From Octopus bimaculoides (taxonomy: Eukaryota): a stretch of 64,000 nucleotides of DNA. Under the pieces are notes generated by a model. The model was not told where the DNA came from, did no database searches, and was given only the letters and a program-made list of their open reading frames with translations. The first letter of the stretch is position 1. Each line of letters begins with the position of its first letter. The stretch lies in contig NC_068983.1 of the NCBI RefSeq assembly GCF_001194135.2, positions 93,794,455 through 93,858,454 of the forward strand, read 5' to 3'. Both the position numbers and the translations under genes were made by a program. Below are positions 39,338 through 51,460 of the stretch, piece by piece.

Positions 39338-40171
39338 CAGTTGCTGATACTTTATCTGAAACACTTAAGACTAGAAGTGTTTCAAATTTAAAATGTTTTT
39401 CAGACAGCCTTAGCTTGGGATCTAAGCCTAATACATTAACCATATATGTTTCATAATACAGCTTATGCATATACCATGAAGGTAGTGTTATATGTTGTTG
39501 GCATCAGTCTACATTCCCTTTAGGAATTTGTTGCTTTTCATCAAGACAAATCATCCTATTATACTTTCACTTCAGAGTTTATCAACCACATAAAAATACC
39601 TACATATCATTTTTACTTTTAACACTTTTGTTTTATGTTCACCTACAACACCACCACTCCTATTTTTTAAATCTTCCTTGGAGCTTCCTGGAATTTTCAA
39701 TTTGCATGCATAGGTGCAGGCATGGCTGTGTTCTAAGAAGCTTACTTCCTAACCACATGGTTCCAGGTTCAGTCACACTGCATGGCACTTTGGACAACTG
39801 TCTTCTATTATAGTCTTGGGCTGACTAAAGCCTTGTGAGTGGATTTGATAGATGGAAACTGAATGAAGCCCATCATATGTGTATGTGTGTCTGTGTTTGT
39901 CCCTACCACCACCACTTGCAACTGGTATTGGTGTGTTTAAGTCCCTGTAACTTAGCAATTCAGCAAAAGAGATTGATAGAATAAGTACCAGGCTTTAAAA
40001 AAAATTACTGAAGTCAATTCATTCAATTAAAAATTCTTCAAGATGGTACCCCAGCATGGCCACAGTTTAATGACTGAAACAAATAAAAGATATAAAGACC
40101 TCGCATTCAAAAAAGTTTGGGATTTTAGAAGTTTTCAGATTTGGGAATTTTGGACAAAGGGTTACTAACTG
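39338..40171. mobile_element. Degraded Tigger/pogo-like MITE containing a family D SINE
   Basis: TA-CAGTTG...CTTTATCTGAAA and TTTTGGACAAAGGGTTACTAACTG-TA form imperfect TIRs. Confidence 0.45.
39712..40095 (+). mobile_element. SINE family D, full length
   Basis: Colinear with 27285-27655. Confidence 0.9.
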
Positions 40172-40524
40172 TATTAAGATTATAATTTGCAGGGTTATTA
40201 ATGCCATATTTGGTACTCTATATTTACAATATCTATATCTACATTAAGATTTAATCTATTTCATATCCAGTTGTCATCAGGTGTCTTATTTCTGGATATG
40301 TTCATGATCTTACACTTGATTTGAACTAGAAACCTTTATTTCTAAACTAAGTGGATAGCTTTATGCACTGTTTTGGGTTAAGAGATAAAGGTTTCTAGTT
40401 AAAAAAAATCTGCATAACCTCAAATTATCTGCTAATAAACAGAGGTTGAACTAGCAAACCATTATGCAGATATAAATATTCTAAATATACACTCAAAAGA
40501 AATTAATAGTCGTTTAGAAAAAAT

Positions 40525-40905
40525 GTTATTGTCATCATCATCATCATCATCTTCATTTAACATCGATTTTCTATGTTGGCATGGGTGGGACAGTTTGACC
40601 AGAGCTGGTAAGGCCAGGGGCTGCACCAGGCCCCATTGTCTGTTCTGGCATATTTTCTGTAACTGGATATCCATTTTAATGCCAGCCACTCCACAGAGTG
40701 TACTAGGTGCTGGATGCTTTTTATGTGGTACTAGTACCAGTATCAATTCTGCTGTAGCAAATGGGTCTTCTTGACTACAGCAAGGTGCTAAATAAGTCCT
40801 CAGTCATCTCCTTCATAAGGCTCAGTGTCTTGGGACCAGCCTTCAGTACTTTGTCCCATGTCTTCCTGGGTTTTCCTCTTCCACTAGTTCCATTCACTTA
40901 AAGTC
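40525..40905 (-). mobile_element. RTE LINE 3' fragment
   Basis: Minus-strand relic GTSGRGKPRKTWDKVLK and a (GAT)n tail at the left end. Confidence 0.8.
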
Positions 40906-41014
40906 ATATTTGTTAGAAAAGTTTTTACAAAAATAAGGGAAAGTGGGGTTTATATTTCCTTCTAGATCTTTTGTCCTGAATTTGATGACTCTTGCTTCAT
41001 AGTTTCAAGAGACA

Positions 41015-41242
41015 TTAACTCTTTAGCATTCAGATTATTCTGTCAAAATTAATGCATATTTACTCACATTGTTTAGATTTAATCACACATTATCTCATAG
41101 CTTTAAGATTTCAGTGATGCAATTGTATATTTTTAGAATGATATCATTGGGTAAGTGTGAGAGGTCAGATCTAGCTGGTTTGAATGCAAAACATGCAGAA
41201 CATTTGGGTTAGATATGGCTTGTTTAAATCCTAAAGGGTTAA
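41015..41242. mobile_element. piggyBac-like MITE (TTAA-flanked)
   Basis: TTAACTCTTTAGCATT ... AATCCTAAAGGGTTAA (14/16 inverted match including TTAA). Confidence 0.75.
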
Positions 41243-41976
41243 AACTAGTATTTTCGTTAATGATTGACCTCCCCACCAACTACTTGCTGTATCTCACTAA
41301 TTTATTCTTACAAGTCTATTGCAGCATTATTTTGTAACATAGTGCATTTCATTGAAAAGCATCAATGGAAATGAAAGCCTTTGAGAATGTATGTTTTCCC
41401 TTATATCAAATGTTGAGCTTTCCAAGGGACCCCTGTTAAACAACTGACAACATCTTGTGATTTGTCCCAAAAATCAATAACAAATTGTATGGTATTTTCT
41501 AAACTTCGCTGAGTTGTATAATTGTCATTACAACATTGTACAATTGCCATTACAGATAGAGAGAGGAGAGGTTTTTCAAAATATGCATATTACTAAAGAG
41601 AGAACTGGGGGGAAAATTGTGTCCATATTAATGTGTTGGTATTGTGCTAAAGAAAATGAAAGCTGCTGTCAGTCAAAGGAACAACACGGATTATTATCAG
41701 AAAAATTTCATTTCATGAGGAAGATCTGAATGCCTGTGTTTCCATGCAGCTTAAGAAAGGCAGTTTTTGCATTAAGCAGGAATTCCTTGCTATATGGAAC
41801 TGAAGCTGGATTATATACATTTATCCATGCTAACAACAGGGTTTTGAAATATTTGGTCATTTTCATTTTGCTAGATGCCCTTATGTGCTTGTTCAGTGCT
41901 ATGATGTGACTATAATTTGCAATATTAGTGAAAAGAATAACCCAACTTCAGGATCAAATTTTGTATATCATACATG

Positions 41977-42007
<31 letters not shown>

Positions 42008-42009
42008 AT

Positions 42010-42740
42010 GTGGTGGCATGGTAAAAAACTAATCTTCCTAACCATGTGGTTTTTAGTTCAGCCTTTTGCATGGCACCTTGGATGAGTGTCTTCTACTATA
42101 GCCCCAGGCAGACTAAGCCTTGTGATGGGATATGCTGGATGGAAACTGAAAGAAGCTTATTCTATATGTATGTGTGTGTGTGCATATATATATACATATA
42201 CAGATATATATATATACGCACACACATGTATATATATGTGTGCGTGCATGTGTTTTTGTCTTTGATATAAATGAATGTCACCGTCATACAAGTGGTGACT
42301 CTCATTTCCAGTCTTCTATACATGTCCAGTCATGGGGAAATATTAATCTGCATGAAAACAGGTGAAAACTGATGACAGGAAGGGCATTCAGCCATAGGTG
42401 GAGGCACATGGCTTAGTGGTTAGGGTGTTGGACTCATGATCTTAAGATTGTGGTTTCGATCTCTGAACTAGGCAATGCATTGTGTCCTGAAGTAAAACAC
42501 TTTATTTCATGTTGCTCCAGTCCACTCAGCTGGTGAAAAGGAGTAATCTTGTTATGGGCTGACATCTCATCCCAGTGGGGAATATATACTTCATAAAACT
42601 AGGAAACCAGTCTTTATGAGTTGGTATGACTTGGGAAGATAACTTTACTTACTTTACCATTCAGCCATAGAAAATTTGCCTCAATGAATCCCTTCTGGTC
42701 CATTCAAATATGGAAAAGTGGCTATTAAAATGATGATGAT
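42010..42740 (+). mobile_element. Family D-headed SINE with RTE-like tail, interrupted by a nested SINE
   Basis: Family D head, (TG/TA)n hinge, AGGAAGGGCATTCAGCCATAG...ATGGAAAAGTGGCTATTAAAATGATGATG tail. Confidence 0.75.
42398..42657 (+). mobile_element. tRNA-derived SINE family C (A-type head) with 13-bp TSD
   Basis: TSD CATTCAGCCATAG at 42385-42397 and 42658-42670; tail of CTTTA-like units. Confidence 0.9.
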
Positions 42741-42976
42741 GGTGATGATGATGATGATCATCATCATCATGATACATCTTACCCACATGGTTTCTGATTC
42801 AGTCTGACAATGCAACATGTTGAGCAAGTGTCTTCTACTACAGCCCCATCCAGCCACAACCTTATGAATGTCTGTGACAGAAACTGAAAGATGCTCATCA
42901 TATGTGTATGTATGTATGTATGTATGTATGTATGTATGTATGTATGTATGTATGTGCATGTGTGTGCATGTGTGTG

Positions 42977-43017
<41 letters not shown>

Positions 43018-43056
43018 TACACACGCAGCCATCTATGTGTCATATTTGATGTAAAG

Positions 43057-43630
43057 ACATCATTGAAAGACAAAATTATAGTGGTATTCGGTAAGATATA
43101 ACATTTGTTATGGACATGATGTGTTTAAAAGCACAATGTATATTGGAGGGAGATGAGGAAGATAAAAATCATCCCAGTAATAACTAGTGACAACACTGAA
43201 TGCATTCCTGCTTTGTTGAGCATTGTCAATGGCATATACTCACAGCCAGCCACTTCCTTACATGAGAGTTGTCACTACTGATATATAGAAAATCAGTGAA
43301 TAAACATTCACTGGTGTTGCAAATAGCCATCTGGCTGAATAAAAGTCCATTATATGAAGTAGAAGCAGTATAAGATTCGATTGTATAAATACATCATTAA
43401 AAGACAAATTTACAGTGATATTTTTCAGGAGATAATATTTCTGCCATGTTTAAAAATACAATATGTATTGGAGAGAGAGGAAAATTAACTGAGCAGCAGC
43501 TAGTGAGAATTCCAGGTGTATTTACGCCTTGTTGGGCATTGTCTATTGCATGTGCTCACAGCCAACTACATGTTTAGATGAGATTTGTCACCACTGATAA
43601 ATAGGAAAGCAGTGAATAAACACTCACTGG
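43057..43630. repeat. Diverged tandem duplication (period about 320-335 bp); copy 2 continues at about 44650-44700
   Basis: ACATCATT.AAAGACAAA at 43057 and 43391; CAGTGAATAAACA.TCACTGG ends at 43314 and 43630; TTGCAAATAG...GGCTGAATAAAA resumes after the RTE insertion. Confidence 0.85.
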
Positions 43631-44648
43631 CCACAAACAAAAACTAGCAAGTTAGTTTTTGTTTGTGGCAGATGTTCAGGTGCAATAAAGACTGTAAACA
43701 AACAGGAAACAACTTCTATCTCATTCCAGGGTGAAAAACTAGAGGTAGTCGATAGCTTCCGCTATCTGGGCGACCAAGTTAGTAGTGGGGGTGGGTGCGC
43801 TGAAAGTGTAGCTGCTAGAATAAGAATAGCCTGGGCAAAGTTTAGAGAGCTCTTACCCCTGCTGGCGACAAAGGGACTCTCACTCAGANNNNNNNNNNNN
43901 NNNNNNNNNNNNNNNNNNNNNNNNNNNNNNNNNNNNNNNNNNNNNNNNNNNNNNNNNNNNNNNNNNNNNNNNNNNNNNNNNNNNNNNNNNNNNNNNNNNN
44001 NNNNNNNNNNNNNNNNNNNNNNNNNNNNNNNNNNNNNNNNNNNNNNNNNNNNNNNNNNNNNNNNNNNNNNNNNNNNNNNNNNNNNNNNNNNNNNNNNNNN
44101 NNNNNNNNNNNNNNNNNNNNNNNNNNNNNNNNNNNNNNNNNNNNNNNNNNNNNNNNNNNNNNNNNNNNNNNNNNNNNNNNNNNNNNNNNNNNNNNNNNNN
44201 NNNNNNNNNNNNNNNNNNNNNNNNNNNNNNNNNNNNNNNNNNNNNNNNNNNNNNNNNNNNNNNNNNNNNNNNNNNNNNNNNNNNNNNNNNNNNNNNNNNN
44301 NNNNNNNNNNNNGCACCATTTTGAGCGTGGCCGTTGCCAGTACCACCTGACTGGCTCCCGTAGGATTTTCGAGCGAGATCGTTGCCAGTGCCCCTGGACT
44401 GGCTCTTGTGTGGGTGGCACATAAAAGACACCATTTCGAGCGTGGCCGTTTTCGTGCGGGTGACACGTAAAAGCACCCACTACACTCTCTGAGTGGTTGG
44501 CGTTAGGAAGGGCATCCAGCTGTAGAAACTCTGCCAAATTAGACTGGAGCCTGGTGTTGCCATCCGGTTTCACCAGTCCTCAGTCAAATCGTCCAACCCA
44601 TGCTAGCATGGAAAGCGGACGTTAAACGATGATGATGATGATGATGAT
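43631..44648 (+). mobile_element. Young 5'-truncated RTE LINE (partly in a gap)
   Basis: Stop-free frame 43649-43888 KLVFVCGRC...EVVDSFRYLGDQVSSGGGC...RIRIAWAKFRELLPLL; CpG-rich 3' UTR ending GGACGTTAAAC(GAT)n. Confidence 0.92.
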
Positions 44649-44699
44649 GGTATTGCAAATAGTTATGCGGCTGAATAAAAACCTGTTATATGCAATAGT

Positions 44700-45075
44700 G
44701 AAGGTACATGGCTTAGTGAAGGTACATGTACCTTTGTGAAGACACATGCCACATCGCTTAGGGTGATGAACTCACAATCATAAGATCCTGAGTTAAATTC
44801 CTGTTGACGCATTGTGTCCTTCAGCTTGACACTTTATTCCACATTGCTCCAATCCACTCAGCCGACAAAAATGAGTAGTACCTGTATTTCAAAAGGCCTT
44901 GTCCTATGAATAGTACCAGTATTTCAAAGGGCCAGCCTTGTCGTGCTGGAGCTTCCTGAGAGCTATGTTAAGGGTACATGCATCTGTGGAATGCTCAGCC
45001 ACATACAGATTAATTTCACAAACAGGTTGATCAGATCAGCTGGAACCCTTGTCATCATAACTGACAGTGCCCATG
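44700..45075 (+). mobile_element. SINE family A with locally duplicated head
   Basis: Core and tail as at 15207; GAAGGTACATG is repeated at the start. Confidence 0.8.
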
Positions 45076-45729
45076 AGGTGTTATGCAATAGAAGCAGTAT
45101 TAGATTAAAATTGCCATGTTTAATTGATATACGTGAATTTGACAAATGTGGAATTGACGTATGCGGGGTTGATACATATTAGGTTAATGTATGTAGAGCA
45201 TTGATTTATGTACAATCACTTCAGGTAGACACAGGCTCAGTAATAGGTGGGTGCAGAAGATACGAGTGCAGTCACTAAAATTTTTGTGGGGCAATGAAAA
45301 TGCTTTGAACATCCCCCTGAAAAATTAGGTGTGCATCCCCTAAGTAAATTTCATTCTTGCACTTATGCAGGAAGAGTGATGTATGTAAATTTGACACATG
45401 TAGAATTGACTTGTGTAAAGTTGATTTTGTTGAGTTTACTCATGTAGAGTTGGAAATCCAACCATTCAGTTAAGTAGTTTAATGTAGAGATTGTTTTTTT
45501 AATGTAGAGATTGTTTTTTTTTAATGTAGAGATTTTTCATGTACACTTGTTTATAGTTAAAGGTAGATAAAATAACAGATCACTGAGTTTGTGTTCTAGT
45601 GGGTGTTTTGATGAGTGGTAAAAACATCTCAAAGTTTTTTTCCTATTGCAAACAAATGTGTATTATGTTCAACTTTACTAACGATTCACTGAAATGTTGT
45701 CATCTCCTGATGTGTTTTTCTTGACATCC

Positions 45730-45945
45730 ATGTGGCACAAGCATGGGTATGTGACAAAAAGTTTGCTCCCCAACTACATTGTTTTGGATTCAATCCTACT
45801 GTATGGCACCTTGGGCAAGAATTTTCTACTACAGCTCTGGGTTGACTAAAGCCTTGCAAGTGGATTTGGTAAACAGAAACTGAAAGATGCCCATCATGTG
45901 TGTGTGTGTGTGAGTGTGTGTGAGTGTGTGTGTGTGTGTGTGTAT

Positions 45946-45981
<36 letters not shown>

Positions 45982-46003
45982 NNNNNNNNNNGTGTGTGTG
46001 TAT

Positions 46004-46039
<36 letters not shown>

Positions 46040-46290
46040 GTCTCTTTGCCTTGGCATTACATAATAGTTGTAAACTGGTGCCACCATCATGTATAAGCAG
46101 TAGTGTCCTTTATTTCCAATCTTCCATGAAAGTATGTCTTGTGGGGGAATATTACCTTACTTGGAAATGGGTGAAGGTTGGCAACAGAAAGGGCATCTGG
46201 TCAGAGAAAATCTTCCTTGACATATTCTGTCCAGGCTATGTGAGCATAGGAAAGTGGATGTTAAAACAACGACAACAACAATGACAACGT
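45730..46290 (+). mobile_element. Family D-headed SINE with RTE-like tail
   Basis: Family D head, (TG)n hinge containing a gap, then GAATATTACCTTACTTGGAAA...AAAGGGCATCTGG...GGAAAGTGGATGTTAAAAC. Confidence 0.75.
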
Positions 46291-47406
46291 TGATGATGAC
46301 AGTGTTAATAGTGATGATATTGGTGATGATGATGTGGACTGTAAAACTGTGGGCAGTGTTCACTTCAATAGCTACTTTTTATCATTATTGTTTTAATTAT
46401 ACGTTATTTTTTTAATTATACATTATCTTTTTAATTATACATTTGGCTTCAGCTATATTTTTAAGCAGTTGGTGCCTTTGTTCTTAATCTCAATTCTTGT
46501 AAACAAATGTATGACCATACTTTAAATGTTGTGATAAAAACATGCTCTCAGTTGTATAATTGTTTTTAACTACTTTTAAATATATAGAAACTGATATGAG
46601 TTTTGGATAAATTCAATATTAAGCTTATCAACTGAGCATATGATTCAGTTTAGGTTTTCAACTTTCATACACAGTTGGAAAAATCTGTGTTCATAGGTTT
46701 ATATATATTCATTTTATGATTTGTTCTTTTATATATTTTAATGTCTCTCCACACTCCTGCTAATAAGTTGAATTGTTAGTGAATTGTAAACCTGACGTAA
46801 TTGTAAATATGCCCATACATGCATATGCACTTAAATAAAACACAAAGAATGTAACAGTGCAGCAAAGCTAACAAACATTATCTAAGAGATGATTATTAAA
46901 ATCTCGTAGTAACATCACTGAAGAAATCCTGCAGGAAGCAGACATCAACAGAACTCTTTCAAACAACTCAGGTGAATTAAAACCAAAACGAAATTTTCTT
47001 TCCCCCACCTCCTTTTATTGACAAACCCGGAGAGCATGAAAGTAGATCTCAGCCTACTAATTCAATATTTAATCAATAATTATCCTTATATCCACAGAAT
47101 ACAGTTTCTGCATCATCTAGCCATGATTTACTATACACCACAAAATAAATAAACTTGAGTCCCAATTTTAATGTTTTTTACATTTTTTTCTCGTTGCTAA
47201 TTCAATCACATTGTTCAAGATTGGGTCTTTGGATTCATTTACTTATGTCACATTTCTAGCAATAAAATTTTAAAATTTTTTCCAGTTAAATGATATATAG
47301 TGATTCTCTCATCTCTGTGGGCTGCTTTCAACTAAAATTCTTCAAGGTGGTGACTCAACATGGCTATAGTTTAATGACTGAAACAAGTCACAGACAGCTA
47401 AAAAAG

Positions 47407-47446
<40 letters not shown>

Positions 47447-47450
<4 letters not shown>

Positions 47451-47760
47451 TTATATAAAGGGCATTATTGCAGAAAATAATAACGCCACACAGTGGACTT
47501 CTCAAAATAACCACATTTAGTACCTAATGCGAGGAAAAAACAACCAACAGAAGACGACCAACTTTCTTTTAAATAAACTTAACTGTGTATCGGCCGATTT
47601 CGCGATTACTAGAATGAATCTAGATTTCGTTCATCAGTACAGTATTGTCCCAAAAATATATACAAATAAACAGAATTCTCACCTCACCAAAAACGAACAC
47701 TCTGTCGGATACGTAGTGTGGCATTATTATTTTCTGTAATAATGCCCTTTATATAAATAT
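47447..47760. mobile_element. 314-bp element bounded by 45-bp inverted repeats
   Basis: 47447-47491 versus the reverse complement of 47716-47760: 43/45 identical; (TG)n(TA)n on the left flank. Confidence 0.9.
47582..47643 (-). ncRNA. Minimal type I hammerhead ribozyme motif
   Basis: Minus strand reads ACTGTA-CTGATGA-ACGA..CTAG(ATTCATT)CTAG..TCGC-GAAA-TCGGCCGA-TA-CACAGT: intact core, palindromic stem III, 5-bp stem I; A.C pairs at positions 1.1/2.1 and 10.1/11.1. Confidence 0.65.
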
Positions 47761-47871
47761 AAACGAATAATTATATTCTTGTGAATAGAAATTTCCCTTA
47801 TGAAATTTTTTTACACACTGGCTTCTTGATAAAATTCTTGTAAAAGAGTTTTATCCCTTTTTGAATTTATA

Positions 47872-47912
<41 letters not shown>

Positions 47913-48239
47913 NNNNNNNNNNNNNNNNNNNNNNNNNNNNNNNNNNNNNNNNNNNNNNNNNNNNNNNNNNNNNNNNNNNNNNNNNNNNNNNNNNNNNNNN
48001 NNNNNNNNNNNNNNNNNNNNNNNNNNNNNNNNNNNNNNNNNNNNNNNNNNNNNNNNNNNNNNNNNNNNNNNNNNNNNNNNNNNNNNNNNNNNNNNNNNNN
48101 NNNNNNNNNNNNNNNNNNNNNNNNNNNNNNNNNNNNNNNNNNNNNNNNNNNNNNNNNNNNNNNNNNNNNNNNNNNNNNNNNNNNNNNNNNNNNNNNNNNN
48201 NNNNNNNNNNNNNNNNNNNNNNNNNNNNNNNNNNNNNNN

Positions 48240-48272
<33 letters not shown>

Positions 48273-48965
48273 AAAAGATAAGGAAAACAGCACTGAGAGA
48301 TGAGGGAGTCACACTGTCCAGTATTCACACATTGGTTCCACTTTAACCTGACACTGCAAAAACATTTAAATGAAGACAATTCTCAGTGCTGTATTATCTA
48401 AGAGCTCAACAAATATTCTTCTTTCATTCCAACAGCACATGTAATGCTTTCATAAATTTTGAGGCAGTTGTGGTCACTGAAAGCAATGATATTATTTTCA
48501 TCATCATCATCATCATCATCATCATTCATCATCAATGCTTTAATGCTCACTTTTCCATGCTGCTATAGGTCGGATAGGGGAGCCATGCAACATGTTGCCA
48601 ATCTCCTTGTTAGGTTATCATATGTATAATCTTGGGTGTGTTTCCATAATTTTGCATATGGAAATATTAAAGATTTCAATATAACTTTGAAGGTAATATG
48701 TATAACCTTTTAAATTGATTTTGTGGTTTGGAGAGAGAATACTACAAGTACAATCAGCTATGGAGGGTTTTGACTGTAAAATACTGCTATCTGAAATGAG
48801 AGATGAGAATGGACCATAAGTAACAAAACTTAGGTGGTTAACATTACAAAGAGTGGGTGACTTTGCTGATATCAAGTGCAACATCATTATTTTTGACATA
48901 TTCCTCAAAGGTGAGAGAAAACTGAAGTGTGACATAAAAGAGCAAGTCTCCATTATGTCTAGCTA

Positions 48966-49250
48966 TATCTGAGGAGATGCTGAAAAGTTCCTGGCTTTGG
49001 GTATGAGAAAATACAGGTGGATCAGTTAATTATGATTTTATTCATCATATTCTCAGATTCGCACACTTATTGCAGTGGTCCTTCAGTTTTTCTAAGGACC
49101 ACTCTAAAAGGAACTCGGAAGGTTGGGCCACCAACCAGGCCTCTGTAGCAGCAACCATTTCCAAGTCAGCAGTTTTTTGTATTTTAGCTATTGGGAAGAT
49201 TTTTTTGACAGCAATTAGAACTCCTTTAACTTTTTGCATACCTTTCCTGT
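48966..49250 (-). mobile_element. mariner transposon 3' end with TIR
   Basis: ORF 49045-49239 VAATEAWLVAQPSEF...LEKLKDHCNKC resembles the mariner C-terminus; terminus GAGGAGATGCTGAAAAGTTCCTGGC. Confidence 0.8.
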
Positions 49251-50014
49251 GAGATATATTTGTTAATAATTATAAAAGTACAATGAATTATCTCTATTTT
49301 CTATTTGTTTTTTATTGTTGTTGTTTTTTATTTTCCGAAACACTTCTTTTGCAGTAATTATCTATCTTGTAGCTAAGTAGATTTCTCAAAAAGAAATAGA
49401 CAGCAATAACCTTTGAATTTGTGATACTACTTTTCACCTGTTTAAGTAAAGGTCAAGAAAGCTGAAGAGTCAGAAGTGAGCAGGCAAGTTAACATTAGGT
49501 GATTTAATGCTTCAATAAAAGATAGACTGACAAATTATAATATCAGTGTATCTACTTCATAGCTATACATATTAATTATTTTCTCCACTGGGCTGGTGGA
49601 GTTGGCAGAAATGATGAAGTGATGCACTAAATATATTGCAGTATTTAATTTCATTCCTCTTGGTTCTGAATCCAAACAATTTTTTTTTTTTGCTTTTTTG
49701 TCCCTCATGGGGGTTGTAAAAAAGGTAACAGTAATATATTAAGGTTAATTTTGGTGAATCTACCACTCTCCATCAAAAATTAGCTTAATGTCTAGTAAGA
49801 AAAAATATCCATTATCTTCTATGTTGCAAAATAGTTATTATTTCTTTGCTTCTACTTCATTGTATTTGACAGCCTGACCTCATGATATAATCTCTCCCTT
49901 GTTATGTGTGTCATAATGACAGCTCTTATTATGAGCTTTCAAGACATGAACATCATTTCAATTATATGTAAATTCATATACACACACGCACACATATATT
50001 TATACATACATACA

Positions 50015-50050
<36 letters not shown>

Positions 50051-50589
50051 TATATACGCATATATACATATATATATACATACATATATATATATACGCA
50101 TATATACATATATATATACACATATATACACACATACATATATATATATATATTCATACATATGTGCATATATACATAATATATACATGTAAGAATTATA
50201 TGTAAATGTGTTTTTCTCTTGCAATTCTGAAGAAATGTGGTGGGGTGAGGACCTATAAAGGATTGTCTAAAATTAGTATTGATTTCTAATTTAAATACAA
50301 GACCACATATTTACAGGGAAGAGAGATGAGATTGTGTCATCTTCATACATTTCTCATGAGCTTCAATGGCACAAGTGAAATAATAAATTACTTCAACCAA
50401 GACATAAAACTTGGCCACACATTCCATTTGTTAGGAATTCAGAAATTTTTTGATGCGTTTTTTGTTTTAAGTTTTTACTTCATATATTAATGTTTCTTCC
50501 CTTTTTTGTTTGTATTTTTGTTATGTCTCAAGTTGTCTGTCAAAAAATATTCATAATCTCAGTATTTGAGATTTCAATAAGTTTTTTGC

Positions 50590-50662
50590 AGGTGAGATGT
50601 TCAAATGGTTAAGGCAATTTAGTGTCTTCTCAGAGGCCATGAGTTCAAATCCATTGCTGGCA
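50590..50662 (+). pseudogene. Decayed tRNA-like sequence or isolated SINE head
   Basis: TGGTTAAGGC A-box-like and GAGTTCAAATCC B-box-like motifs, but the acceptor stem does not pair. Confidence 0.5.
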
Positions 50663-50665
50663 TTT

Positions 50666-50704
<39 letters not shown>

Positions 50705-51129
50705 CTCCAGTACTTTAATTCCCTCAGGTGTTAGGAATAGGTACGAGATCAAATCTGAACCAGTATCAGACAACAGTCTGCCAAATAGTCAGTTTAACTG
50801 TCAACAAAGAGTTACCAGATCAGTCTGGTTCAATGTCATATCATTGTACACCTAACAGCCAGCAATGGGTTCTATTTACCCTTTCAGCTTGATATACCTT
50901 GGACAAATGGAAACAACATTGAGAAAAGAAGATTCTTTTTAGTTTTACATTGAACAGATCTACTTTTCTAGTGCTGGTACTATGAGAAAATGCACCCAGT
51001 ACACTCTGTAAAGTGGTTGGCATATGAATGAAGATAACATAGAGTAGAGAGAACTCATGGATCTTGCCAACGATATGGCAACTTCTTTACTGTTGGTGCC
51101 AGGATAAAATGCAGCCAGTACACTTTGCA

Positions 51130-51460
51130 GGTGAAGGCACATGGCTCAGTGGTTAGAGTATAGGGCTCATAATCATGTGGTAGTGATTTCGATTCCCGGA
51201 CCAGGTTATGTGTTGTTTTCTTGAGTAAGACATTTTATTTCGTGTTACTTCTGTTTTCTCAGCTGTAGAAATGAATTGCAATGTCACTGGTGTCAAGGTG
51301 TATTGGCCTTTGCCTTTCCCTTGGATAACATTAGCTGCATGGATAGGGGAGGCTGGTAGGCATGGGTGACTGCTGGTCTTCCATAAACAATCTTGCCTTG
51401 GAGAGGAATTTCAAAGTGCATTGCATGGTCATTCATAACCAAAGGGGTCTTTACTGTTTT
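51130..51460 (+). mobile_element. SINE family B nested in an RTE 3' UTR relic (about 50960-51610)
   Basis: TSD TACACTTTG at 51119-51127 and 51461-51469. Confidence 0.85.

Noticed and set aside
50590-50662. Possible functional tRNA gene
   Set aside because: A and B boxes are present but the cloverleaf stems do not pair; treated as a decayed SINE head or pseudogene. The same applies to all other tRNA-like heads in the window.
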